64,000 nt of DNA from Octopus sinensis (Eukaryota), in NCBI RefSeq assembly GCF_006345805.1, contig NW_021832392.1:3815-67814 (forward strand), read 5' to 3'. Shown here in pieces: positions 1 to 11,993 of the stretch; position 1 is the stretch's first letter, and each line of letters starts with the position of its first letter. Below the pieces are notes generated by a model. It was not told the origin of the DNA, did not search any database, and saw only the letters and a program-made list of their open reading frames with translations. A program made the position numbers and the translations under genes.

Positions 1-61
1 TATATATATATATATATATACACACACACATACGTAAATACATATCTATATGTATGTATAT

Positions 62-274
62 ATTACTCTTTTACTCTTTTACTTGTTTCAGTCATTTGAC
101 TACGGCCAAGCTGGAGCACCGCCTTTAGTCGAGCAACTCGACCCCGGGACTTATTCTTTGTAAGCTTAGTACTTATTCTATCGGTATCTTTTGCCGAACC
201 GCTAAGTGACGGGGACGTAAACACACCAGCATCGGTCGTCGAGCAATGTTAGGGGGACAAACACAGACACACAA

Positions 275-311
<37 letters not shown>

Positions 312-482
312 CATATATACGACAGGCTTCTTTCAGTTTCCGTCTACCAAATCCACTCACAAGACATTGGTCGGCCCGGGGCTATAGCAGAAGACACTTG
401 CCCAAGATGCCACGCAGTGGGACTGAACCCGGAACCATGTGGCTGGTTAGCAAGCTACTTACCACACAGCCACTCCTGCGAC
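62..482 (-). mobile_element. tRNA-derived SINE, dominant family of the window, full length with internal (CA)n(TA)n tract
   Basis: The minus strand begins CGCAGGAGTGGCTGTGTGGT (A-box-like) ... GGTTCAGTCCC (B-box-like). It ends GGCGGTGCTCCAGCTTGGCCGTAGTCAAATGACTGAAACAAGTAAAAGAGTAAAAGAG. More than 20 whole or partial copies recur in the window. Confidence 0.9.
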
Positions 483-606
483 TATATTCATTTTTCTGCA
501 TTTAACACAGCTGAGACGCCGTACACTCACACATGTATGTGCATATATACACATAAATATATATGTTTATATATGCAATAGAAATATGCACGCATATGTA
601 TGTATA

Positions 607-688
<82 letters not shown>

Positions 689-794
689 GATATGTATGAA
701 CGTATGTGTGTACATATATATAAACGTGTGTGTATATGTAACATATTTCTAAGAATAGATACATTCATACATACATCTACATATATATATATAT

Positions 795-1172
795 GTAGAC
801 GGAGAACCCGGGGAAGAGGTAGAGGGAGGAAGAAGAACTAAAAGAAGGACTGAAAGAGCTAAAGGAAGAGCTCAAGCAGGACCAAAGGGTGAAACAACCA
901 GGAATGGAAGTGGAACTGCAAAGGATGGAAACAAACAGCGCCGACGGGTGTGTAGGTTCTACCTGAGAGGTACCTGCTGGCATGGAAAGGAAGGTGCAGG
1001 CTGCCGCTTTGCACATCGGGGACCCTGCCGCAGAGACACGAGGCAGATGGACAAGCCATCAACACAAGGAAAAGGGAAGGTCCACGCACCACCTGCCTCA
1101 AAGCGGAGGTACGCAGATGTTGTGCGTGCCACAAACCGCAAACATGATGTTGTTAAAAAGGGCAGCTGCTGA
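795..1172 (+). pseudogene. LINE ORF1 C-terminal remnant with Cx7Cx8Cx3H (CCCH) zinc finger
   Basis: The frame is open from the 5' junction at 795 (VDGEPGEE...) through CRFYLRGTCWHGKEGAGCRFAH to TGA at 1170-1172. Confidence 0.7.
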
Positions 1173-1299
1173 GCAGCAATCTTTTTTGTGCATGGCACAA
1201 AAGATTGTACAGCAGCTGACCTGGCTTCATCAAACCCAAGCCCGCAGGTGGGACTACCCACTATATACAAGACCACCACAGCAAACAGACCCAGGATGG

Positions 1300-4287
1300 A
1301 CACCGCCGGCAACAACATACACCTCACCTCGATGCTCCTACTGAACATCAGAGGGCTGCAAACACTCAGTAACAGGACAAAGATCCCGTTCTTGAGAGAC
1401 TTTGTTGCATGCAATCAAGTTTATGCATAGCACTTGCAGAAACGCACCTGAAACCGGACATAGCAGATGCGGAGTTACACATACCACAGTATGTTGTACT
1501 ACGGACCGACAGAAAAGAAAGGAGTCATGGAGGAGTTGCTATGTACATCCGTGAGGACCTCACACCCCAGGTCCTCTTGTCATACTCAAACTCGGTGTGT
1601 GACACACTAATTGTACATATAAGGCAACTTGATGTAGTTGTGTTGCTACATATCGCCCTCCAGATGCCCCAAGCCATGTGGGCAAGTTTGAAGACTGCCT
1701 TATAAAAATAGAAGTTCTAATCACATTAGAACAACACATAAGTGTACTTCTTATGGGAGACTTCAATCTACCCAATGTCAGATGGCCCGAGGGCCTTTCT
1801 CTCCCAGGAATGACAAGATGTGAACGAGGACAGGCGAGGTCCCTCCTGAACCTCATCAACACCCTGTACATGGAGCAAGTAATACTCCAACCAACCAGGG
1901 CAGGTAACACACTGGATCTCTACTTCACAAATAATATGGATCTCATCCATAATGTGAAAGTGACACCGACACTACTCTCGGATCACAACATGGTAGAGCT
2001 GACCATGTACGGGCCAAAAGAAAGCACGGACATGCAGCCTACAAGAAACCCTCAGAATCTTTCCAGCTTGAACTACCATAAGGCAAACTGGAAACAAATT
2101 GAGAAAGAGATCCTCAAACAAAACTGGCCTAAATGTCTCTCCTCGCCAGACATCGACGTGAAACTTCAACAATTCATGTCTGTGACGCAAGCCATATGCT
2201 ACAAATGTGTCCCAGAGAGAAAGGCCACTGTACACAAGAACAAAATCCCCAGAGAGAGGAAAATCTTAATGAGACGGCGTACAAAAATTTCAAATCGCCT
2301 AAACAAACAGATTGAAAGCAGTGAAAAGTCCCGCCTGAAAATAAAACTGTTGGAAATTGAAAAATGTCTGCAACTCTCCCATGAAAAGGAAAGAGCAGAC
2401 AAAGAAGCCTGGACTATAGACAACATAAAATCTAACCCCAGAGCTTTCTACAGGTATGCCAAAGAAACAGCTACGGTGCACTGTAGGATAGGGCCACTCC
2501 TTGAAGAGGATGGTACACTCACAGGAAAACCAATGAGGGTAAGTGAAATACTGAATGAGCAATTCAAGAGTGTTTTCATTCCACCCCTCGGGCATTTCCA
2601 AATCACCAATCCAACTGACTTCTTTACCACTGCAGATATAAAATCAGAGGCGGCGACGATAAATTACATCGATATAAAGGAAGACGATGTAATAAAGGCC
2701 ATAGATGAAATGAAAACAGAATCAGCTATTGGCCCCGATGGATTCCCGGCAATCCTCCTAAAAGTATGTAAGAGAGTCCTAGCAAGACCACTGCAGATCC
2801 TCTTTCAGAGCTTCCTAGCAGCTGGCAAACTTCCAAAAAAACTGAAGGAAGGTAAAATATGTCCTATTCATAAAGGTGGTAGCAGAGCAGAGGCCAAGAA
2901 CTACAGACCTATCTCTCTCACCTCACACATCAGCAAGGTCATGGAACGAATAGTCAGAAGGAAACTAATCACCTTCCTTGAAGAAAATGACTTGCTGCCT
3001 GACACCCAACATGGTTTCCGACCAGGAAGAAGCTGTTTAGCTCAGCTCCTACAACACTATGACTGGGTGCTGAAACAACTGCTCAACCACTCAAATGTGG
3101 AAGTCATATATCTCGACTTTGCAAAGGCCTTTGATAAAGTCGATCATGGAATGATATGTCACAAACTGCGTGATCTTGGCATAGTTGGAAAATTGGGAGA
3201 ATGGCTTCATGACTTTCTGAAGAATAGAAGTCAGGTGGTAGCAGCCAATGAGGCCACTTCCATTAACACACAAATAGTGAGCGGTGTTCCGCAGGGCACT
3301 GTTTTGGGACCACTACTGTTCATAATGGCCCTCTCAGACATGCCCTCAGCCACGCAGAGAGCCACGATCACAAGTTATGCAGATGATACAAAAGTTTCAC
3401 AGGCAATACAGAACCCTGAAGACGCTAAGCACCTGCAATGTGAGCTGGACGAAATATACAAGTGGGCTGAAAAGAATAGCATGCAGTTCAATGCTGAAAA
3501 GTTTCAAGCTTTATACTATCAGCATGCAAAACTAAATGCAATACCCAATGAATACACTGGACCCGGAGGAATAGCAATCCCAGAGGCACAATCAGTGCGT
3601 GACCTGGGTATTTACGTGAGTGATGACGCAACCTTTCGTGTTCATGTTGCTAAATTGGCAATGAAATGTAGACGGCTGGCCGGATGGATTCTCAGAACCT
3701 TTAGAACAAGAGAACAAGAAACCATGATGGTCCTCTGGAGGACACTTGTCCTAAGCCACTTTGACTATTGCTCTTAGTTATTATCAACATCCAGTGTCAA
3801 GTTGATCACAGAGCTCGAGGCGATCCAGCGTAGCTACACGAAGAAGATAGCCTCTATGCAGAATGTAAGCTACTGGGAAAGACTCAAGAGATTAAAACTA
3901 TATTCCTTGGAGCGTAGGCGGGGAAGATATGCCATAATATACATCTGGAAGATCCTGGAGGGACGTGTCCCAAACTTTGGCATCGAGAGTTACACAAATG
4001 CCAGAACTGGGCGCCACTACGTGGTGCCTAGGACTCCAAATTTGCCATCAAGATGTAGGACACGATACTGTGATAGCCCGAGCTTCCGTGGCCCACAGCT
4101 CTTCAATATCCTCCCGAAGAACCTGAGAGACCTGCATGGGGTGGATGCAGATGTCTTTAAAATGGAACTGGATTTCTTCCTGTCAGGTGTCCCAGATGAA
4201 CCAACTTCACGGCAGGAGGTGCAGATGAGGGCAGCTGCATCGAACTCTCTCATGCACCAAATGGCAGTTGCTAAAAAGCTTTCGTGA
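1300..4287 (+). pseudogene. LINE ORF2 (AP endonuclease + reverse transcriptase), disrupted
   Basis: Pieces 1188-1430, 1409-1705, 1678-3777 and 3778-4287 are joined by frameshifts near 1420 and 1660 and an in-frame TAG at 3775-3777. YADD lies at ~3376-3387. Confidence 0.92.
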
Positions 4288-4372
4288 AGTAAAACCAAGT
4301 AGCAACACCAAATGGCGGTGCCCCAGCATGGCCACAGCTCATGAGCTGAAACTAGAATCAATCAATCAATCA

Positions 4373-4432
<60 letters not shown>

Positions 4433-4531
4433 TATGTATATGTAGATGTATGTATGAATGTATCTATTCTTAGAAGTATGTTACATATACACACACGTTT
4501 ATATATATGTACACACATACGTTCATACATA

Positions 4532-4598
<67 letters not shown>

Positions 4599-4627
4599 GT
4601 AAATACATATCTATATGTATGTATATA

Positions 4628-4835
4628 TTACTCTTTTACTCTTTTACTTGTTTCAGTCATTTTGACTGCGGCCAAGCTGGAGCACCGCCTTTAGTCGATC
4701 AAATCGACCCCGGGACTTATTCTTTGTAAGCTTAGTACTCATTCTATCGGTCTACTTTGCCGAACCGCTAAGTGACGTAAACACACTAGCATCGGTTGTC
4801 AAGCAATGCTAGGAGGACAAACACAGACACAACAA

Positions 4836-4886
<51 letters not shown>

Positions 4887-5068
4887 TATATATATATATA
4901 TATATACGACAGGCTTCTTTCAGTTTCCGTCTACCAAATCCACTCACAAGGCATTGGTCGGCCCGGGGCTATAGCGGAAGACACTTGCCCAAGATGCCAC
5001 GCAGTGGGACTGAACCCGGAGCCATGTGGTTGGTTAGCAAGCTACTTACCACACAGCTACTCCTGCGC
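4628..5068 (-). mobile_element. tRNA-derived SINE, dominant family
   Basis: Same head, internal microsatellite and tail as 62-482. Confidence 0.88.
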
Positions 5069-5069
5069 C

Positions 5070-5121
<52 letters not shown>

Positions 5122-5140
5122 ACATATACATATATATACA

Positions 5141-5536
5141 CTAGCAGTATCGCCCGGCGTTGCTCGGGTTTGTAAGGGAAATAATTATATAAGCATTTTT
5201 AGAGATGTAAAGTATAATAGCCATCTCAATATGGCTAACCACAAAGGGGGCGGTGTTTACTGTTTCTTTTTAGACGTTCTGAGATTTAATAATAAATTTT
5301 AGAGAGTTACTTCCCTTATATATGTCAAAAATGGATTAAAAATAGGAAAAATTGATGGTAAATTTTTTTTTAAATCGTAGACTCATCGTAGACGCGCGCT
5401 ATTTCCCAGACGGGCTCGATATGAATCACGACTATAAGATACCCGGTTTTGGTTAAACTGCACCGCAAAATGTGGGAGTAGTTAGGAATCTAAATCGTAG
5501 GAGACAGACACACAACCTCACTTTTATATATAAAGA
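5141..5536 (-). mobile_element. Non-autonomous Helitron
   Basis: The minus strand reads A|TCTTTATATATAAAAG ... CCCGAGCAACGCCGGG (hairpin) CGATACTGCTAG|T. It has a 5'-TC, 3'-CTAG, a subterminal hairpin, insertion between A and T, and no TSD. Confidence 0.88.
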
Positions 5537-5694
5537 TTTCCTCTATTTACATAATATTGAGGTCTCTTTCTTTCTTTTGTTATCTTACTGTTTTTACCAA
5601 TATACATATATATATATAAATATATATATAGTTACAGAGATGTACTTGCATAGCAAGTGACTTGATCTGAGATCGTGTGCTGGAGCGAAAACAG

Positions 5695-5953
5695 TTGCAG
5701 CGTTGAAGGTGTTTATAAGCCATTTAAGAAACACACAAAAACCGTTAGATTCACTTCAACATTTAAATTTAATTTGTCAAAATATTATCGTCGCTTTGAG
5801 ACCGCGACCTGTTAGCACGATATTTTTTTCAGTGAACAGGTCGCGGTCTCAAAGCGAGGAAAATATTTTGGCAAATTAAATTTAAATGTTGAAGTGAATC
5901 TAACGGTTTTTGTGTGTTTCTTAAATGGCTTACAAACACCTTCCACGCTGCAA
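5695..5953. repeat. Fold-back / MITE-like inverted repeat (~119-bp arms, ~21-bp loop)
   Basis: TTGCAGCGTTGAAGGTGTTT...GACCGCGACCTGTT at 5695-5813 is the near-perfect reverse complement of 5835-5953. Confidence 0.9.
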
Positions 5954-5971
5954 TATATATATACACACAAA

Positions 5972-6007
<36 letters not shown>

Positions 6008-6084
6008 TGTATGTATGTATGTATGTATGTATGTATGTATGTATGTGTGTATATGTGTATGCATGTATGTGTGTGTGTGTGCGT

Positions 6085-6300
6085 GTCTGTGCTTGTGATT
6101 GTCCTCCACCACTGCTTGACAACGAATGTTGGTTTGTTTACATCCCTGTCACCTAGTGGTTTGACAAAGGAAACAGATAGAATAAGTACAATGCTTACAA
6201 AAATAAAACTGGAGTTGATTCATTAAACTACAATTCTTTAAGGCATTGCCCCATCATGGCCACAGACCAATGGCTTGAAAAAGCAGAAGAATAAAAGAAT
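6085..6300 (+). mobile_element. Diverged SINE 3' half (older subfamily); second copy at ~46885-47100
   Basis: Contains CTTGACAAC...GATAGAATAAGTAC and GCCCCATCATGGCCACAG...GAATAAAAGAAT, homologous to the dominant SINE tail. Confidence 0.7.
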
Positions 6301-6349
6301 ACATTCTCTGCTTTGGTCTTATGTTCAAGGCATGAGAAAGCTTGAGTTT

Positions 6350-6630
6350 ACATGAGAAGGCCTAACAGACCTGGTATAAACAGCAGCCAAATCTCCCTCA
6401 AATCACACCTCATTGTCTTATGTATGTATATATATATGAGCCAATGAGGGGGACCTCTACATGGTAGCTAGACCTGGTAGAAATAGCAGCCAAATTTCCC
6501 CCAAATCACACCTTACTGTCTTATCTATGTATATATGTATGTATGAGCCTATGAGGGAGACCCCTACATGGCAGCTAGACATGGTAGAAATAGCAGCCAA
6601 ATCTCCCTCAAATCACTCAAATCACATTAC
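6350..6630 (+). repeat. Three tandem ~100-bp units built on GTAGAAATAGCAGCCAAAT...CAAATCAC
   Basis: The motif occurs at ~6375, 6475 and 6582 and again at 47145-47290. The shorter TGCTAGAAATAGCAGC motif recurs throughout the window. Confidence 0.75.
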
Positions 6631-6642
6631 TTATGTCTTATG

Positions 6643-6674
<32 letters not shown>

Positions 6675-6919
6675 CAAGCCACTACGGTTATTTAATGTAA
6701 AGTCTTCCTCAAATCACACTCTCGCTATTTACTCTCTTCCAAGAACATTTTCACTCACTCTTATCTGTTAGCTTCCCATACATTTTACTCATGTATCTAT
6801 CAGCGTCATAGACAGAAACAAATATTACATCGCCATCGCATTCTATTGTCTACCTGTCAACACACAGTGAATTAGTTTCAGTTTATTCGTTACACACTGT
6901 GTGTGTGTGTTTGCGTGTG

Positions 6920-7138
6920 CTGTAACCCAAATTAAGAAAAGCATTTGACATATACACCAGAATGTGAGTTTTCTCTAAATTTTGCTTAATTGGGGTTGAA
7001 ATTTTAAAAACCGGACCTGGCAAATACCGATGCATTCTACTCTTAAAAATGCTAGGTAAATTGTAATTGAAGAAATCCTATTGTAGATTTTATAACTGAC
7101 AAAGGAGGCAGATAAAATCTACCTTTTATAATAAGAGA
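6920..7138 (-). mobile_element. 5' part of a second Helitron-like non-autonomous family
   Basis: The minus strand starts A|TCTCTTATTATAAAAGGTAGATTTTATCTGCC and is homologous to 63405-63617. No 3' CTAG end was found. Confidence 0.55.
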
Positions 7139-7346
7139 TAATATATACATATAATATATATACATATATACGACAGGCTTCTTTCAGTTTCCGTCTACAA
7201 AATCCACTCACAAGGCATTGGTCGGCCCGGGGCTATAGCAGAAGACACTTGCCCAAGATGCCACGCAGTGGGACTGAACCCGGAGCCATGTGGCTGGTTA
7301 GCAAGCTACTTACCACACAGCCACCCCTAAGTCTATATATATATAC

Positions 7347-7390
<44 letters not shown>

Positions 7391-7449
7391 ATATATATAG
7401 ATATATATATATATAATATATATATATATAATATATATATAATATAATC

Positions 7450-7489
<40 letters not shown>

Positions 7490-7539
7490 GTAAACATATA
7501 CATATATATATACATAAACATATACATATATATATATAT

Positions 7540-8568
7540 ATATATGTTTTTATTTTCCTTGTTTCAGTCATCTGACTGTGGCCATGCTGGAGCACCGCCT
7601 TTAGTCGAGCAAATCGATCCCAAGACTTATTCTTTTCAAGCCTAGCGTTTCTTACCAAGCGGCTAATTGACGGGGATGTAAACACGCCAGCATCGGTTGT
7701 CAAGCGATGTTGAAGGGGGACAAACAGACACACACACTCACACACACACATATATGTATACATTTATATACGATGGGCTTCTTTCAGTTTCCATCTACAA
7801 AATCTATTCATAAATACACACACACACACACACACACACATATGTGTGCTTTCCTTTCTGTGTCTGCGTGCGCGCGTTTCCAGTTCATTGCTTGTGCGTG
7901 TGCGTGTGTGTGTGCGCTCTAGTGTGTGCGTGTGAGTGTGTAACTGTGTATTTTCATTTGTGTGTGTGTGTGTGTGTGTGTGGTGTTTGTCTGTATGTAT
8001 GTATGTGTGCGTGTGTGAGTGTGAGTGTGCGTGTGTATTTTCGTTTCTGTGTGCGAGTGTTTGAGTGTGTAACTGTGTTTTTTCAATTTTGTGCGTTTAT
8101 GTTTGTGGAGGTTTGTGTGTGTATCGTTACGCACGCACGCACTGGTGTCGAAAGGCACAAACGCACACATACACACACACAATTGAAAACACAATCACAC
8201 ACGCACACACCTTTTCCCTGAGTTGCTTAGCAACGGGTAATAATAGAGAAGAATAGTTTTATATTGAGAGGGAGAGAGAAACTTATATGTTGTATAGTGA
8301 GTTAAATACAGACAGACAGACAGACAGAGAGAGGTAGACAGAGAGAGAGGGGTAGACAGAGAGAGAGAAGAAGGCCTTAAGTACTGATGAAATTAAATGG
8401 CGTGAGTGGGTGGGTCAGCAAAAGATACAGAAAATTCAGGTATCCTGTCAACAGAAACTTTGCATTTCCAATTCTGTCTCAGATACAATCTAACTTTACA
8501 ATGGCAAACGAAATGAAATGTATATTTCAAGTCAGCGATAATCGGAAGATTTTAAAAATACACGCAGA

Positions 8569-8608
<40 letters not shown>

Positions 8609-8625
8609 CACACACACGCACGCAC

Positions 8626-8657
<32 letters not shown>

Positions 8658-8808
8658 TGTTGAAAATACAGTCACACACGCACACACCTTTTCCCTGAGT
8701 TGCTTAGCAACGGGTAATAATAGAGAAAAATAGTTTTATATTCATAGAGAGAGAAACTCATATGTTAGATAGTGAGTTAAATACAGACAGAGAGAGAGCG
8801 TAAAAGAC

Positions 8809-8843
<35 letters not shown>

Positions 8844-9343
8844 GAGAAGAAGATCTTAAGTAACTTTCTGATGAAATTAAATGGAGTCGTTCAGTTTGTC
8901 TGCAAAAGATACAATCGAACGCTACAGTAGCTAAACCTCTTTCGCTTCATTTTTCGGTTACAAAACCAAATGTCTATTTCATATGTCACCAAAAATCGGA
9001 AGATTTTAAAGATACACGCAGACAAACACACACACAGACACACACACGCACGCGCACACGCACACGCACACACACACACAACACCACACACATACATATA
9101 CATACATACATACATACATACATACACATACATCATACATACATATGTATATATATTTCAAATAGAAAATTACCCTTTAACATGCAATTTAACATGCTAG
9201 AAATAGCAGCAAAGATTGCTACGATCCATTATTTTCTGGCAAATTTTGAAGTCCATGAAAAATAAAGACCTTTATCTTTTTATATATGTATATATATATA
9301 CATCTACATATATATACACACACACACATATGTATAGATATAT

Positions 9344-9406
<63 letters not shown>

Positions 9407-9426
9407 TATATATATATAATATATAT

Positions 9427-9478
<52 letters not shown>

Positions 9479-10060
9479 AATATCTATATATATATATATA
9501 TATATATATCTATATATATAATAATACATATATATAGGGCGCAGAGTGGCTGTGTGGTAAGTAGCTTGTCTACCAACCACATGGTTGCGGGTTCAGTCCC
9601 ACTGAGTGTGTATTTGTGTGTCTGTGTTTGTCCCCTAGCATTGCTTGACAACCGATGCTGGTGTGCTTATGTCCCCGATCGGCAAGAGAGACCGATAGAA
9701 TAAGTACTGGGATTGCAAAAGAATAAGTCCCGGGGTCAAGTTGCTCGACTAATGGCGGTGCTCCAGCATGGCCGCAGTCAAATGACTGAAACAAGTAAAA
9801 GAAAAGAATAAAAGAATATATATATGTACCAGTTTCGCACTTGGGTCGATGTAATCGACTTAATCCCTTTGTCTGTCCTTGTTTGTCCCCTCTATGTTTA
9901 GCCCCTTGTGGGTAGTAAATATATAGATATATAGATATTTCAAAATAGAAAATTACGCTTTAACAGGTAATTTCTACATGCTAGAAGTAGCAGCAAAATC
10001 TTGGCACGATCCATTATTTTCTGGCAAATTATGAAGTCCCGCAGAGATGTATGTATATGT
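7540..10060. repeat. Composite ~2.5-kb macro-unit (SINE tail, TG/CA tracts, duplicated GTTGCTTAGCAACGGG subunit, SINE); other copies at ~20165-21790, 23870-25560, 27640-28500 (partial), 33715-36240
   Basis: Shared unique strings such as GAAATTAAATGGCGTGAGTGG...ACAATGGCAAACGAAATG and CGAACGCTACAGTAGCTAAACC occur in the same order in several copies; individual copies lack some of them. Confidence 0.85.
9537..9806 (+). mobile_element. Dominant SINE, plus strand, with internal deletion; paralogue at 35728-36004
   Basis: The head GGCGCAGAGTGGCTGTGTGGT...GGTTCAGTCCC joins directly to the tail, which ends GACTGAAACAAGTAAAAGAAAAGAATA. Confidence 0.85.
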
Positions 10061-10177
10061 GCATGTACTAGTATTAATACATACATTTTTATACTTATTT
10101 ACGTGTATATATACACGTGTTAGCATATATGTATATCTATCTATATACACACACACACACACCACACACACACACAC

Positions 10178-10240
<63 letters not shown>

Positions 10241-10679
10241 AGTCTGTATATATGTATGAATGTGTGTATGTATGCATGTATCTATCTATCTAACTATCTA
10301 TCAATCTATCCATATATATATATATATGCAGATATATTGTACGTGCATGTATTTGTGTGTAAGCATATATCTATGCACATATATATATATATACATTTAT
10401 ACATACATACAAACATATATACATGCATACATACATATGTGCATACACATACACATACACACACACACATATATATTTACAATACACACACATGTATAAA
10501 TGCACATTTAGAAACACATTCATACACACGGCGTATGTAGATGTATGTATGAATGTATGTATTCTTAGAAATATGTTACATATACACACACGTTTATATA
10601 TATGTACACACATACGTACATACATATCTATAGTATATATATATATATATATAATATATATATATATGATATATATATA

Positions 10680-10719
<40 letters not shown>

Positions 10720-10744
10720 TACGTAATTATCTATAGTATGTATA

Positions 10745-11146
10745 TATTACTCTTTTCTCTTTACTGTTCAGTCATTTGACTACGGCCAAGCTGGAGCACC
10801 GCCTTTAGTCGATCAAATCGACCCCGGGACTTATTCTTTGTAAGCTTAGTACTTATTCTATCGGTATCTTTTGCCGAACCGCTAAGTGACGAGGACGTAA
10901 ACACACGAGCATCGGTCGTCGAGCAATGTTAGGGGCACAAACACAGACACAAACACACACACACACATATATATATACATATATACGACAGGCTTCTTTC
11001 AGTTTCCGTCTACCAAATCCACTGACAAGGCATTGGTCGGCCCGGGGCTATAGCAGAAGACACTTGCCCAAGATGCCACGCAGTGGGACTGAACCCGGAG
11101 CCATGTGGCTGGTTAGCAAGCTACTTACTACAGAGCCACTCCTGCG
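10745..11146 (-). mobile_element. Dominant SINE, full length
   Basis: Near-identical to 62-482, including the downstream flank CTATATTCATTTTTCTGC. Confidence 0.85.
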
Positions 11147-11302
11147 ACTATATTCATTTTTCTGCATTTAACACAGCTGAGACGCCGTACACTCACACAT
11201 GTATGTGCATGTATACACATAAATATATATGTTTATATATGCAATAGAAATATGCACGCATATGTATGTATAAGTTTATATATATATAAGTTTAATATAA
11301 TA

Positions 11303-11335
<33 letters not shown>

Positions 11336-11513
11336 ATATATATATACATCATACATATATACCTACATATAGATATGTATTTACGTATGTGTGTATATAT
11401 ATATATAATATATATATATATGTAGATGTATGTATGAATGTATCTATTCTTAGAAATATGTTACATATACACACACGTTTATATATATGTACACACATAC
11501 GTTCATACATATC

Positions 11514-11570
<57 letters not shown>

Positions 11571-11819
11571 GTAAATACATATCTATATGTATGTATATAT
11601 TACTCTTTTACTCTTTTACTTGTTTCAGTCATTTTGACTGCGGCCATGCTGGAGCACCGCCTTTAGTCGATCAAATCGACCCCGGGACTTATTCTTTGTA
11701 AGCTTAGTACTCATTCTATCGGTCTACTTTGCCGAACCGCTAAGTGACGTAAACACACTAGCATCGGTTGTCAAGCAATGCTAGGGGGACAAACACAGAC
11801 ACACAAACACACACACACG

Positions 11820-11872
<53 letters not shown>

Positions 11873-11993
11873 TAGCAGCATAGCCCGGCGTTGCCCGGGT
11901 ATGTAAGAGCCCCTAATAGGCAACGACTAATCCCAATGTAGTCCTTTCCCTCCAGGGAACGAAGGTGCATGTGGACGTTGCAATGTCTTGTCT

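Larger units (their letters stand above)
795..4375 (+). mobile_element. 5'-truncated LINE (APE+RT), CR1/L2/Proto2 group, most like Proto2; inactivated copy
   Basis: An ORF1 remnant with a CCCH finger is followed by APE motifs (LLNIRGL, ETHL, GGVAMY, MGDFNLP, SDHN) and RT motifs (NYRPISLTS, DFAKAFDKV, QGTVLGPLLF, YADD). The C-terminus reads LYSLERRRGRYAIIYIWKI...LDFFLSGVPDEP and the tail is (AATC)5 at 4356-4375. The clade call is inferred from the C-terminal motif style. Confidence 0.9.

Noticed and set aside
62-482. tRNA genes at the A/B-box motifs
   Set aside because: These are SINE heads: there is no complete cloverleaf and they continue into SINE body sequence.
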